Shown piece by piece: positions 29,259 to 39,567 of a DNA stretch of 64,000 nucleotides. The notes beneath the pieces are model-generated. The model saw only the letters and a list, made by a program, of their open reading frames with translations, had not been told where the DNA came from and did not search any database. Origin of the DNA: a virus (Duplodnaviria > Caudoviricetes). Where the stretch lies: IMG/VR virus record IMGVR_UViG_3300037067_021792, one strand, 5' to 3'. Position 1 is the stretch's first letter, and every line of letters begins with the position of its first letter. The translations under genes and the position numbers were made by a program.

Positions 29259-29792
29259 ATGAAAATTCGTAGCGGTTTTGTATCAAACAGCTCGTCCTCA
29301 TCATTTTTGGTTCCACTAGATAAATTCAAAAATGTGTTTGACCTAGCACGTAAAATGATTGCATTACGAAATAAAGATTGGAATGAAGATGGTTTTGAAA
29401 CTGGACCAGAATTGTTTGAAGTTATTGACGACCTAGAACAGAGCGGGATGGATCCCAATACTTCAGTTTCGTTTCCTACGACAAATTATAATACTTGGAT
29501 TATTCAAACTCCGGATGGATATTTGGTTGATACTTGCAATAATCACGATTGGATATTTGAAGGAGTTCGAGCAGAGCATATATGGGATTTTAATATTCCA
29601 GGATATACCGAGAAAGACGGTCATAGATTGCAAGACAATAGGGTTTATTTTTTGCATTTAGGATTGTTCGGTAAATTGGTTAAAGGTCATAGGTGGTATG
29701 ATACTTGCAAAAATTGTAGTGGATATTTGTTAAAGCTCGATGACGATAGCGTTATTTGTCCAGTGTGCAAAGGTTTGGGGGATATTTGGTGA
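29259..29792 (+). CDS. MKIRxxFVSNSSS-family protein with C-terminal Zn ribbon
   Basis: MKIRSGFVSNSSSSSF; CKNC..CPVC. Confidence 0.7.
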   Translation: MKIRSGFVSNSSSSSFLVPLDKFKNVFDLARKMIALRNKDWNEDGFETGPELFEVIDDLEQSGMDPNTSVSFPTTNYNTWIIQTPDGYLVDTCNNHDWIFEGVRAEHIWDFNIPGYTEKDGHRLQDNRVYFLHLGLFGKLVKGHRWYDTCKNCSGYLLKLDDDSVICPVCKGLGDIW

Positions 29793-30183
29793 TAAACATC
29801 GAATTTGACGTTTTGGAGGATAGTCATGATTGAACAGGATTTGTTGAACGCGATTAAGCAACTAACGGAAGCTATTAATAATCTTTATAAGGTAACCGAG
29901 GAATTCTCGAAGGCGAATAAGGCGAATGCTGCCAACTTGGTGAGTATTAGGGATTCTCTGCGAAGAGCAGAAACAGAAAGGGTCGTTTACTAATGGATAT
30001 TGAATTTGAAATATTAGAAGATGGAAGCGTTCTGATTAATAGGCAGAATCAGGATTATAATGATATGGTCCGGAAGTTTTTTAGTGGTATAATTGAAGAT
30101 GAGGAAGCACTAAATTCATTTCTTTCCGCAACGGAAAATGTTGAAATAGTTTTTGGCCCACACACAATGTGCGGATAAATTTC

Positions 30184-30210
30184 AAGGATTATAGTCCACA
30201 AACGGTATAA
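30184..30210 (+). promoter_or_regulatory. AAGGA-class promoter
   Basis: AAGGA-N16-GTATAA upstream of ruvC. Confidence 0.45.
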
Positions 30211-30222
30211 TGTAATATCGTT

Positions 30223-30822
30223 ATGGACTTTAATCTTAAGAAAATTGCGTCATTTGATCCAGCATCACAGAAAAACATCGGTTGGAGTCTCTGCGAAGTT
30301 CTGTGTAAAGACGGTAAATTTGACATAACCCGATGTGTTGCAGATACTTTCGTGATGGATGAATATGATAACAGATGGGCATGTTATTGGCCCATGTTTC
30401 AGAAAATAGAACAATTCCTGAGCGAAAATAAACCAGATATTTTAATCATGGAGAAGACCAGTGTTTTTGCTGGTGGATTCGTGACGGGTCAGGTGGCCCA
30501 ATGCATGGGTGCTATTTTTGTTGCCGCAGGTAAATACGGAATAAAGGATATTGTTTTCGTATATCCTACGTCAGTTAAGAAAACAGTAGCAGGGCATGGC
30601 AAGTCTACCAAATCGCAAATTAAACGAGCTGTTAACTATTTGACTAAGAGCTTTGAATGTGGGCAGTCGAAGCTGTCGTCTGATCACGCCTATGACGCTG
30701 TTGCGAATATATTATTCTACCTAATAGAAGAAAAATATATTGATCCTTTAACGTCATTTCCGTGGTTAACCGCAAAACAACTGAAAACGAGGAAAAATAA
30801 TGGCAAAGTCAAAAAAACTTAG
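30223..30822 (+). CDS. ruvC: RuvC-like Holliday junction resolvase
   Basis: SFDPA..IGW, ILIMEK, YPTSVKKTVAGHGKSTK, DHAYDAVA. Confidence 0.88.
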   Translation: MDFNLKKIASFDPASQKNIGWSLCEVLCKDGKFDITRCVADTFVMDEYDNRWACYWPMFQKIEQFLSENKPDILIMEKTSVFAGGFVTGQVAQCMGAIFVAAGKYGIKDIVFVYPTSVKKTVAGHGKSTKSQIKRAVNYLTKSFECGQSKLSSDHAYDAVANILFYLIEEKYIDPLTSFPWLTAKQLKTRKNNGKVKKT

Positions 30823-31618
30823 CGAAGATTACGCGATTAAGCACGAAATAGAAGAAAGCCTCAAAACCTCTAATTATCTAGACAAAGTTGCCGAAGTGCT
30901 AGAAAAGGGAGGATCAATTGGTGAAGGCATAGTTCCTGACTACTCCGGAAATTCTGGTGGTTTAACTAAAAGCAAAGGTGGTATGACTGTTGGGCACAGT
31001 ACTGCCAATGAGAGCAGTTCATTAATACCGATCACTACCGATATGCTTTTTAATGCTGCTACTACAGCACTTAATACTGAGCAAATGGCGTGGGCCATAA
31101 ACAATGATCCAATGGCATCTGCCGATTCATATAAAACAAAAACTAAAACAGCTGCAACTGAAGCACCAGATGTAGAATATGATGGGCCGAAAATATCTAA
31201 AGCCCAGTGGAATGCTATACAAAAATATCCTGCTCTTATTGAGCTACTTGGCACCTCCAAGGGCGATTCTATTGTAAAAGAAATTGCCGCCAAAGTGAAT
31301 GTTATGATGATAGAAAAACTAGCAGAAAATGCCAAGTCTGTTAGTAAGTATGCCGATAAGTGTATTGTAGACAGGAAGAATATTAAACAATATTTCGTCG
31401 GCGAAAATAATGAGTGGGCCTGTCAAGTCACTGCTAATGGGCCATTTCGTGGGAATGAAGCAATATATTACGATCCAGAAAAAGAGGATGCGTATATCCT
31501 CAGATTGTCCGATAATGCATGGGTAGATGTCACTGATGAATTCAATGTGGTGCACGATTTTGCTAGCACCGAAAAAGTTAAAGATTCACCAGAGAACATC
31601 CCAGATATTGTGGAGTAA
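30800..31618 (+). CDS. Hypothetical protein
   Basis: 272-aa ORF with GAGG SD. Confidence 0.7.
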   Translation: MAKSKKLSEDYAIKHEIEESLKTSNYLDKVAEVLEKGGSIGEGIVPDYSGNSGGLTKSKGGMTVGHSTANESSSLIPITTDMLFNAATTALNTEQMAWAINNDPMASADSYKTKTKTAATEAPDVEYDGPKISKAQWNAIQKYPALIELLGTSKGDSIVKEIAAKVNVMMIEKLAENAKSVSKYADKCIVDRKNIKQYFVGENNEWACQVTANGPFRGNEAIYYDPEKEDAYILRLSDNAWVDVTDEFNVVHDFASTEKVKDSPENIPDIVE

Positions 31619-31621
31619 ACG

Positions 31622-31963
31622 ATGAGAATAATTTTTGTTTTATTGGTTTCACTGTTGCTTTTTGTAGGATGTGCCAAGAATGGCTCGGTGGAATATATTC
31701 AAGTGGTTCATGACCATAAAGTGTTAACAAATGAAACACTAGATGCTGTCGTGGCATCTATACAAGATGATGTTGCAAACATTAGATCGGCAGGAAAGTT
31801 AACCCCAGAGATCGAGACGAGTGCTCAGCAGCTAATTGATAGACTCATTGTGATCAAAATGCAGAGTACTGTTATGTCTAATTATGTTGATACTATTATT
31901 GTTGATGAAGAGCTATTATCTCAACTAGTAAGGGCTAGGTGGGATGAATCTCGTGAATACTAA
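31622..31963 (+). CDS. Predicted lipoprotein
   Basis: Hydrophobic leader and lipobox FVGC. Confidence 0.65.
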   Translation: MRIIFVLLVSLLLFVGCAKNGSVEYIQVVHDHKVLTNETLDAVVASIQDDVANIRSAGKLTPEIETSAQQLIDRLIVIKMQSTVMSNYVDTIIVDEELLSQLVRARWDESREY

Positions 31964-32616
31964 GGAGGAATTATATGTTTAAGGAATTGTTTTTGAATGT
32001 GAGAATATGGTTTGCTTGTTTGTTTTTGAGCAAAAAAGAGGCAAAGGTAATTCGACGTGCTCTGTCTAAACCTAGCCAAAAAGGAATATGCACAAATAGT
32101 TCAGAAATCTATGTGGGACGGAACATTTTGGAATGTCATGATGGGTAAAAACCATATGCCAGATGATCAAGTGGCTATTATTAAAATGTCAGAAGAATAT
32201 GCCGGTATTGTTCCCGAGGAGAAGTCTGTTTATATATCAGGCCGCAAGCCGGATAAAAGTGAAATTCGACCAAAATTCACCAAACAATTTAATGAGAAGT
32301 CCGCATCTGTACTTGAGTCCATTGTTGGGCTACAATCAGATGAGGAAAACGAAGTTACTTTAAATGTTGCACCGGAAACTCAAGTTATTAGTATGAGGCC
32401 GGGATATTCTAGAAAAAAGGACGGAAAGTATGTACGTTAACCCGAGCCCGAGAAAAAAGAGAATGAAGTGATATGTCGGCCTGGATTATATTGTGCTGCT
32501 GGTGGAGATGGTGCTACGGCAAGTGTGAATGTTCCTCTTTCAACTGAATCGGGAACACCTGATAATAAAATTAAACGAGTGACCTCTAGGGATACGGAAT
32601 AAATAGGAGATAAGTC

Positions 32617-33180
32617 ATGGGATTCTTAAATGCATATTTGAAAAACCACATCCTTGATACAATGCCTGATTCACAACAGGCCAATTTGGAGAAATTAGAA
32701 AAGGTAGAACAAAATCTTGAAAATCAGATATCCGGAACATCTGGAACATTGAATTTTGAAGAAATTGTTAAACAGCACGGTCCAGAAATTGCTGATTTGG
32801 TAAGTCGAGCGTCAGAGGCATTTAAGAATATAGAATTCTCATTTTCGAAGTTTCGTGTTATCATTAATATTGGTGTTGAAGTGTACCAAATGGTCGAGGA
32901 GATGGGTAGCTCAATTGTAACTGACACAATGACTCCCGAAGAGAAACAAATGGCGAAAATCAAATTTGGACAAGAGTTGATTTATTTTATTTATTTAACT
33001 ATAGACCCGCTCAAAAACGTCTTAAATTGGGTTCCGTTTAAGTCTACTCTTGAAAAGAAAATTGTTAAATGGCTCTCTGGATTATCTTTGTCTGCTGCTG
33101 TTGATTTTCTCAAGTCTAAGGGGATCGAGATAATGTCAGTAAACAGAGTTAAAGCATTGCCGGATGTTCCGAAATGTTAA
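32617..33180 (+). CDS. Hypothetical protein
   Basis: AGGAG SD, 187 aa. Confidence 0.65.
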   Translation: MGFLNAYLKNHILDTMPDSQQANLEKLEKVEQNLENQISGTSGTLNFEEIVKQHGPEIADLVSRASEAFKNIEFSFSKFRVIINIGVEVYQMVEEMGSSIVTDTMTPEEKQMAKIKFGQELIYFIYLTIDPLKNVLNWVPFKSTLEKKIVKWLSGLSLSAAVDFLKSKGIEIMSVNRVKALPDVPKC

Positions 33181-33548
33181 ATTGGTTTAGTAGATTAGCA
33201 ATGTCTGATCGTATGCGGATTGAAAATAACATAACCCGCCTGATATCATTGCAATCTATGGTCCACGACTTGGCCTTCTTCGCTGTCGCGTCCCAAAGCG
33301 GTGGATGGCAAGCACTAAATAGTCTTTTAGAAGACAGAACCATCCTGGGACGCCCAAAAGTTCATCAAAAGTTAAAGAGCGCCTTAATTGGTGAGAATAA
33401 CCAAAAATTAGTTCTTGATGCACCAACAAAATTTCAGGGAATTATGCTTGAGGCTGAAGAGCTTATTAAAAAAGAGGTTATAATCGAAAAGAGGAAACTA
33501 AAAGAACTTTTGGGAGATGAGTACGAAGAACAAAAAATCGGAACGTGA
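33174..33548 (+). CDS. Hypothetical protein (NWFSRLA N-terminus)
   Basis: ORF track; N-terminal motif shared with other ORFs here. Confidence 0.6.
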   Translation: MLNWFSRLAMSDRMRIENNITRLISLQSMVHDLAFFAVASQSGGWQALNSLLEDRTILGRPKVHQKLKSALIGENNQKLVLDAPTKFQGIMLEAEELIKKEVIIEKRKLKELLGDEYEEQKIGT

Positions 33549-33679
33549 TGCTTTTTTACAAAGCCAAATTGATTTCTTGATGGAACAGTTAAGATCTGGG
33601 TTTATTAACGTTCCTCAGTTTCTAAAATTATTAGAAATGACGTATGGAGATTATCTAGAACTACACCCGGAGCCCGCAT

Positions 33680-34357
33680 ATGACGAATTCAGACCAGAAC
33701 CTTGAGATAGAACTGCTTCCTGATCCCAAACCATACGAAAAGCTATTTCAGGAAATTTCCAAATTAGATCCAGATGATATAGTTTACAGAGTTGGTTGTA
33801 AATTCTGCGAGCATCCAGCCAGGGCAGATGCAGAGGAAGTCTTTGAACGAACACGCAGTTATACGCCGGTCTTTAAATTCTTTCGAGATTTCAAGGCGAA
33901 ACACCCACAATCATGTCCGATGTCCGTGCAGAACATCAGAAATCATTGTCTCAACCACTATAATTTGCAAGAACAAAAGATATGGATGAGGGAATATTCC
34001 CAAAAAATATCTCTATTTATGAATAATAAAATAGATACCGAGAAAAGGCTAAATGCCATTAAATCTATTATGGAGGAGAAGCTATTATCAATTGCGAGTA
34101 ATCCAATGATAGATGAAGTTAAAGCCGCTGATATAATCATTAAATTGGCAAAACAAATTGTAGAGATAGATATTTCTCAGGCTAAATTGAAGGGTGAATT
34201 AAAATCAGTCAATATAGTTATTGACAAGTTTATGAATGTTTGGAGCCATTTGGCTCAAGAATATAAGACCCCAGAAGCCAAGCAGATTATCATGGATGGA
34301 TTGGCAATGTTCGAGGAGCACTTAACAGGTGTCAATCTCATAGAACAAGGTGAATGA
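33680..34357 (+). CDS. Zn-finger/helical protein, possibly terminase-small-like
   Basis: CKFC..HCLNH then a helical region; function uncertain. Confidence 0.35.
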   Translation: MTNSDQNLEIELLPDPKPYEKLFQEISKLDPDDIVYRVGCKFCEHPARADAEEVFERTRSYTPVFKFFRDFKAKHPQSCPMSVQNIRNHCLNHYNLQEQKIWMREYSQKISLFMNNKIDTEKRLNAIKSIMEEKLLSIASNPMIDEVKAADIIIKLAKQIVEIDISQAKLKGELKSVNIVIDKFMNVWSHLAQEYKTPEAKQIIMDGLAMFEEHLTGVNLIEQGE

Positions 34358-34536
34358 TGAGATACTGTTCGGTATGCGGGAGGGCGCTAAGAGTTACAGA
34401 GGGCGATATCGGGCCAGTATGTTCTCGCAGAAACAAATATCGCACAGCAAAGGTTAAGCCGAGAGTTTCTAAGAAAGCCTATTTAAGACTGGTTAAGCGA
34501 AAGGATATTTTTGTCGATGGACAGAGAAAAGGCTAA
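34354..34536 (+). CDS. DUF6011-like Zn-finger protein
   Basis: CSVCGRAL..IGPVC. Confidence 0.65.
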   Translation: MMRYCSVCGRALRVTEGDIGPVCSRRNKYRTAKVKPRVSKKAYLRLVKRKDIFVDGQRKG

Positions 34537-34755
34537 GAAACAGATTCAGATTCTTCGCAATAAGCAATTAATGCGACAAACCGTCCAGCCAAAAAAGAAG
34601 GAAATACAGGTCCAAAATGGTGTAGTTCGAGTAGAAGGCAGAGTCATAAAGCAACAAACAATGGCTCCACCAACTGCTGCGCCCAGCAAAAAGCTAGATG
34701 AAAAAATCATAGCCGAGTCTGCAAGGCTTAATACTGAAAAGAAGAAAGTAGGAGG

Positions 34756-35529
34756 ATGCACGGGATGCCGTCGAAAATTAGGTCATTAACCAAAGAATCA
34801 ATTGCGGTATATAACCCCTCGGACCCATTTGAACAAATGGTGCAGAGTGCATCCAAAAAGTATACAGGCGATTGGCTTTCAATGTATCAATGCAAATTAG
34901 TAGCAAAAGCTATACTAAGTCTCAAATCCTTTGAAGAAACATGGAGTGATAGCACCGAATTGCTGCAACAGAGAGTGTCTTACTTCTTCAGTGATGCTTT
35001 TACTAAAAACAAGAATTATGTTGTTTTTCTCACCTTCCCTCTGTTCGTGAGAGATATACTTGAGAACCGAGAAATTAATTCTTATATTCATGATCCGGTA
35101 GTGTTCATGACTATTTCTTTGTCTCATTTTTTGTTCAAGGAATATCCAGTGCATATGTATATTGATGCCAACGCTCTTCGGGCAGAAAATGGCGGCATTA
35201 AACTCATGGAGATCGGCGGTTTATTTATATCCGACGGTGAAAATGTAAGTGTTAATTCGTGTATATCAAAAATAATTTCAACTGATGCAGAAAGTGCTCC
35301 ACAACTCAAGGCGGCGGCTACAAATTTAGGAGAAGGCATATTCAAAATAGACGAACACGAAAGAAAGATAATGCCAGATACAGAAGTGTGGGACAAATAC
35401 AAGAGGGTTGTAGCTCGCATTTTTACCGTAGAGCCCGGAGAGACAGGCGAAGTCGGTATTCGGTATGATGACGGCAATGAGACAATGATATCAAAACTTT
35501 ATTTTGACAATCATTTTGTCTGCATTTAG
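34756..35529 (+). CDS. Hypothetical protein
   Basis: 257-aa ORF. Confidence 0.65.
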   Translation: MHGMPSKIRSLTKESIAVYNPSDPFEQMVQSASKKYTGDWLSMYQCKLVAKAILSLKSFEETWSDSTELLQQRVSYFFSDAFTKNKNYVVFLTFPLFVRDILENREINSYIHDPVVFMTISLSHFLFKEYPVHMYIDANALRAENGGIKLMEIGGLFISDGENVSVNSCISKIISTDAESAPQLKAAATNLGEGIFKIDEHERKIMPDTEVWDKYKRVVARIFTVEPGETGEVGIRYDDGNETMISKLYFDNHFVCI

Positions 35530-35532
35530 GCG

Positions 35533-36048
35533 ATGAAGTTCATGAGATACCCTATTATATCAAATAATAAAAAGATAATGATAGATGAGAGTAGAATCAT
35601 ATCAAAAATTAAAGATATGATCAAGAATTCTCGTGTAATGAGAAAATTATTTGAAGAATTTGAAGTTAGTCCAGAGAAAATTGATGACCTACGAATACGA
35701 ATAGTAGAGATAGATGACAAGTATGCCGAGACAGATGCAGACCAGATGCTTTTAAATAAATTTATGTTCGAAAAGGGAACATTCTTTGACGATTACTTCT
35801 TCGTGGTAATGCATGAGATTGTGCATTATCTATCTAGAACAAAAGAACAAAACTCATATTTTGCGGATCCAGAAGAACAATTAGGATTTGTTAATTCTAT
35901 AGCGTTTGAAATAGAGCGTGGCACTGATTTGGATATAATTTGGAATCGTATATATCCTAAAGTCGAATTCCATTTTCATAACCCAAGAGACGCAAAACAG
36001 TTCTTTAAAAATATGGTAGAAAAAGCCTATAAGTTGTTGGAGTCGTAA
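35533..36048 (+). CDS. HExxH metallopeptidase-like protein
   Basis: MHEIVH plus downstream DPEE. Confidence 0.6.
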   Translation: MKFMRYPIISNNKKIMIDESRIISKIKDMIKNSRVMRKLFEEFEVSPEKIDDLRIRIVEIDDKYAETDADQMLLNKFMFEKGTFFDDYFFVVMHEIVHYLSRTKEQNSYFADPEEQLGFVNSIAFEIERGTDLDIIWNRIYPKVEFHFHNPRDAKQFFKNMVEKAYKLLES

Positions 36049-36049
36049 A

Positions 36050-36985
36050 TTGAAACACGCACTTGGATTGGTTACTCGTGGACGCTGGAAGCTAACCCAG
36101 CAAACTCTGATGAGTTTATTTTACTCACAGCAGCCAAAGAATAGCTATGACCTTTATATTATAGACAATTGCTCACCGGAAAAAGATGCTAATAATCTAA
36201 GAGGGTTTATTAAATCAGGATTACTGCCAGTCAAAAATGCATATTTCCTACCCACAGAGGCAACCACATCAGAAGCATGGAATTTATTCTTGGCACTTAC
36301 TGAAAAATATGATTTTCGTACTAAATTGGATAATGATATTGTTTTCAGGGGAACGATTCCGCCAACGCCACAGAAGATCGCTGCGAATCAATCTAACCCG
36401 GCTGATTCTGGGCCGAACCCAGGGTCGATCCCTTGTGGCCCTCCAGTGAAAGGCGCAATGTCATCTCAGATTGCTCGTAGCAGGGCAGAAAAACGGAGAA
36501 TGAAAGAATTTAATCACACTCGGTTTTTAGATCATCTAGATCGATTCATGGATGAAAATAATGTCGGAATATGTGCTTTAGTCCCATGTCCAGAGCAATC
36601 CCAGTTTCATCAGGTAAGACGGGCATTGGCTGTTCAGCAGTTTGGTGCGCGGCCTTTTTTGGTGGGTGGATGTGTAATGATTTCAAAAGATACGTTTGAT
36701 AAACTGGGGTTTTTTGATGAACGCATACCGAGAAAAATTGACTTGGAATATTCACAGCGTGCCATTAGAAATAAGATAAATATTGGCTATCATCCTCTTT
36801 ATTATGTTAATCACATGGATAAAGGGCACACTGAAAGCAATGCCGTATTTCAAGCCAAAATTGAAAAATCTATGAATATTATCCAAAACAGCCCAGTCGA
36901 AACCCATTGCCCCTCGATGTGGTCCAAAGTGATTTGGAAGGTTTTATCGGCCTCCAAAAATAATAAAATTATTCATCTCAAGTGA
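36050..36985 (+). CDS. GT2-family glycosyltransferase
   Basis: IIDNCS, KLDNDI, GGCVMI..LGFFDE, DLEYSQR; Pro-rich insertion in the middle. Confidence 0.8.
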   Translation: MKHALGLVTRGRWKLTQQTLMSLFYSQQPKNSYDLYIIDNCSPEKDANNLRGFIKSGLLPVKNAYFLPTEATTSEAWNLFLALTEKYDFRTKLDNDIVFRGTIPPTPQKIAANQSNPADSGPNPGSIPCGPPVKGAMSSQIARSRAEKRRMKEFNHTRFLDHLDRFMDENNVGICALVPCPEQSQFHQVRRALAVQQFGARPFLVGGCVMISKDTFDKLGFFDERIPRKIDLEYSQRAIRNKINIGYHPLYYVNHMDKGHTESNAVFQAKIEKSMNIIQNSPVETHCPSMWSKVIWKVLSASKNNKIIHLK

Positions 36986-37115
36986 CATCTGTGTCCAGTC
37001 ATTTACACGCCGTTTTTTGCTCCCTGCCTTGCTCTAATTTGATTGATTTGGCAGCACCGAAAAGGTTTTCGAAATTTTACTTCTAATTATAATTGCACAG
37101 AACTAACCTCCTTCG

Positions 37116-37853
37116 GTGTATAATATGACAAAACAGAGAGTATTATTGAACGTAAAGAGAGTAAAACAGCGTCCATCAGAGTGTTCTTTGGCTGCATCTA
37201 CTGTACTGGCATCATTTTATGATCCATCAATCAAGTATCAGCAAGTGAGAAAATTGGTTTCCCAGAAGTTTAGAGACAAAGGAATGTGGACATCTGAGCA
37301 AGCTGGTCTTCTGAATGACCTTGGATTTACCAAGATCACCATCGTTACAGCGGATTTGGATATAGTAGATTATAGCTGGACAGATTTAAGCAAAGATGAG
37401 TTGATAGAAAAATTAAAAAAAATGCGCACTCATTATGGAAGGGCAAGAAACTTTGGGGAAAAGGGACGAGTCAGCGATATGATTAAATGGCTCTCCAGAG
37501 AGGAACATGATAATCAGCTGAAAATTGATCAGGACTTTCCTAAGTGGATTCGCAGATATATTGATAATGGTCGTCCGGTTTGTGCGTCAATTAATTGGAC
37601 AGCACTTCATAAAATGCCCAAGTCATCAGCATACGCCGATGGGAATAGAGACAAGTATGTTGACATAGGTGGCACTCCTGAACTCCACTCAATTGTTGTG
37701 AGAGGGTATGATGATGACGGGATTTTTGTTGTGGATTCTCACACTAAATACTACAAAGGACGATTACGCAGATATAGAAATGGATACTATAAGATTTCAT
37801 GGAACAAATTTTTGGTCAATGCACCTTTTGGTGATTTGATATTGGTGGGTTGA
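37116..37853 (+). CDS. C39-like cysteine peptidase
   Basis: Q-x4-C (KQRPSECSLAA) and HSIVVRGYD..VVDS. Confidence 0.7.
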   Translation: MYNMTKQRVLLNVKRVKQRPSECSLAASTVLASFYDPSIKYQQVRKLVSQKFRDKGMWTSEQAGLLNDLGFTKITIVTADLDIVDYSWTDLSKDELIEKLKKMRTHYGRARNFGEKGRVSDMIKWLSREEHDNQLKIDQDFPKWIRRYIDNGRPVCASINWTALHKMPKSSAYADGNRDKYVDIGGTPELHSIVVRGYDDDGIFVVDSHTKYYKGRLRRYRNGYYKISWNKFLVNAPFGDLILVG

Positions 37854-38106
37854 TGTCCTGGTTAAAACGAGCATATACTGATGCAAATAGCATTATTCAA
37901 CAAGTAAATGGTGGGGCACTTTCACCGCAATCAGCAGCGTTACAATTACAGGGGATGGATGTTTGTGGGGCAATATCGAATATGGTTGACAGCTACGGAT
38001 ACCTGATTCAGTTAAGTAGACTTTTGAGGTGTGGCGAGATGACAACATCACCCGAGGCAGCACCGAATGAGGAGTCTTTTCAGAATGTTAACAATGAGGA
38101 AGCAAC

Positions 38107-38913
38107 ATGAAGGTGAGAAATTATTCGTTTAAGGATTCAACGAGATTGCCAGAGCATAAAATGACCGAAATAAATGGAGTAAAGATACCGGCAATGCCAG
38201 GATCGTGCTACCATGCCATTATTTGTGCTCTCGCGGAAAATAAAGACCAATTTGTCGTATGGCCTCGTATACTGGAGCGAGTAGAAAAGTATATGCGGCA
38301 ATTCGGTGGTGATGAAGTGTGGAATAAATTCAAGAATAAAAGCCAAGTGAAACCACTCAATAGAAGAATTAAAGATAATGTTCATACTCTTACCCGACGG
38401 GGAAAAGATTGCTATGGATATCGAATGCACGAAAAGGGCATGTGTATCTATTTCTTTAAAGATGGCGCTATGCTTTTAACTGGTGGTGAGATAGAGACGC
38501 ATGGTAAAACATATGATGTCACGTTTCCGTGCGGTAGAAAACTCCAGGTTAGATATCGTGGCACTACAATGACCAGTAGAGAATACAAGAGATTTTATGA
38601 TGCCGGATATATAGATATTAATTGTAAAATACTTGATAATGAGGGCATTAAACAATCCAGAGTTAAAGCAAGGACATTTTTACCACAGCAAGCACCTAAT
38701 TCTTTGGAACGAGTTCAAATTTCTATTGAACTAGATGAGTCGTATGATCAGAATACGGCTGATAGATTATCTAATCTAGGATTGGTAGTTCAAGAATTAA
38801 ATGACAATATGCTTATTGGCATAATTATTGCAGATAAAGTGAATGATGTTAAAGAAGATACAGATGTGATAAGTGTCACAGTGTTGGGGCAGGAGTCATA
38901 TAATGCAGGCTAG
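38107..38913 (+). CDS. Hypothetical protein
   Basis: 268-aa ORF with GAGG SD. Confidence 0.65.
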   Translation: MKVRNYSFKDSTRLPEHKMTEINGVKIPAMPGSCYHAIICALAENKDQFVVWPRILERVEKYMRQFGGDEVWNKFKNKSQVKPLNRRIKDNVHTLTRRGKDCYGYRMHEKGMCIYFFKDGAMLLTGGEIETHGKTYDVTFPCGRKLQVRYRGTTMTSREYKRFYDAGYIDINCKILDNEGIKQSRVKARTFLPQQAPNSLERVQISIELDESYDQNTADRLSNLGLVVQELNDNMLIGIIIADKVNDVKEDTDVISVTVLGQESYNAG

Positions 38914-39567
38914 TTTCGGAAGGCAAATGAACCAGTCAATAAAATCTGACAAGGCATCTCCTGCCCAAGTAAAAACAGATGAGATTGGCTCAACAGTGTC
39001 CTTTATGCTGGGCATTACTTCTGTTGGTATGGAAGAGACGATACAAAAAGACATTTATGGCATGATAACTAAAAAACAGCAGCATAGTCTTAATGGATAT
39101 GTTTTGTGTTTATCAAAAATTGTGTCACATGAAATAGGATGGTCTTGTTTGTCTGGTGCATTCTCTCGGGCTAATACGGCGATACCATCAAAATATTATA
39201 TGCTCTTCAATAAAAGTAAAGATCAAATAAGAACACGGGGATTTCAGGTAGGGAAGTGAAATGTCACATAAGGCGTCAATATCTATATTTCGCAAGTCTA
39301 TTAAAACGGATAGTAAAGTCGCTACACCAATAGTTCCTGATGAGGTTTTCAAAGCAGCTCAGCGTGTGATTGAAAGCAAAGGGGTGGAGCTAGTGAAATC
39401 TACAGATGGGGTTTATTTGCTTCAATACTCTGAAACGGGGCCATTTAAAGAAAAAATTAGCGATGACTGGCTACCAGTTTTTGTTATGAAGCTCCAAGAA
39501 TGGAGTTCGGGAGGAATAAAAAAAGAAGAACTTGATGGTTACTTATCAGAAATAATAGATTTGGATA

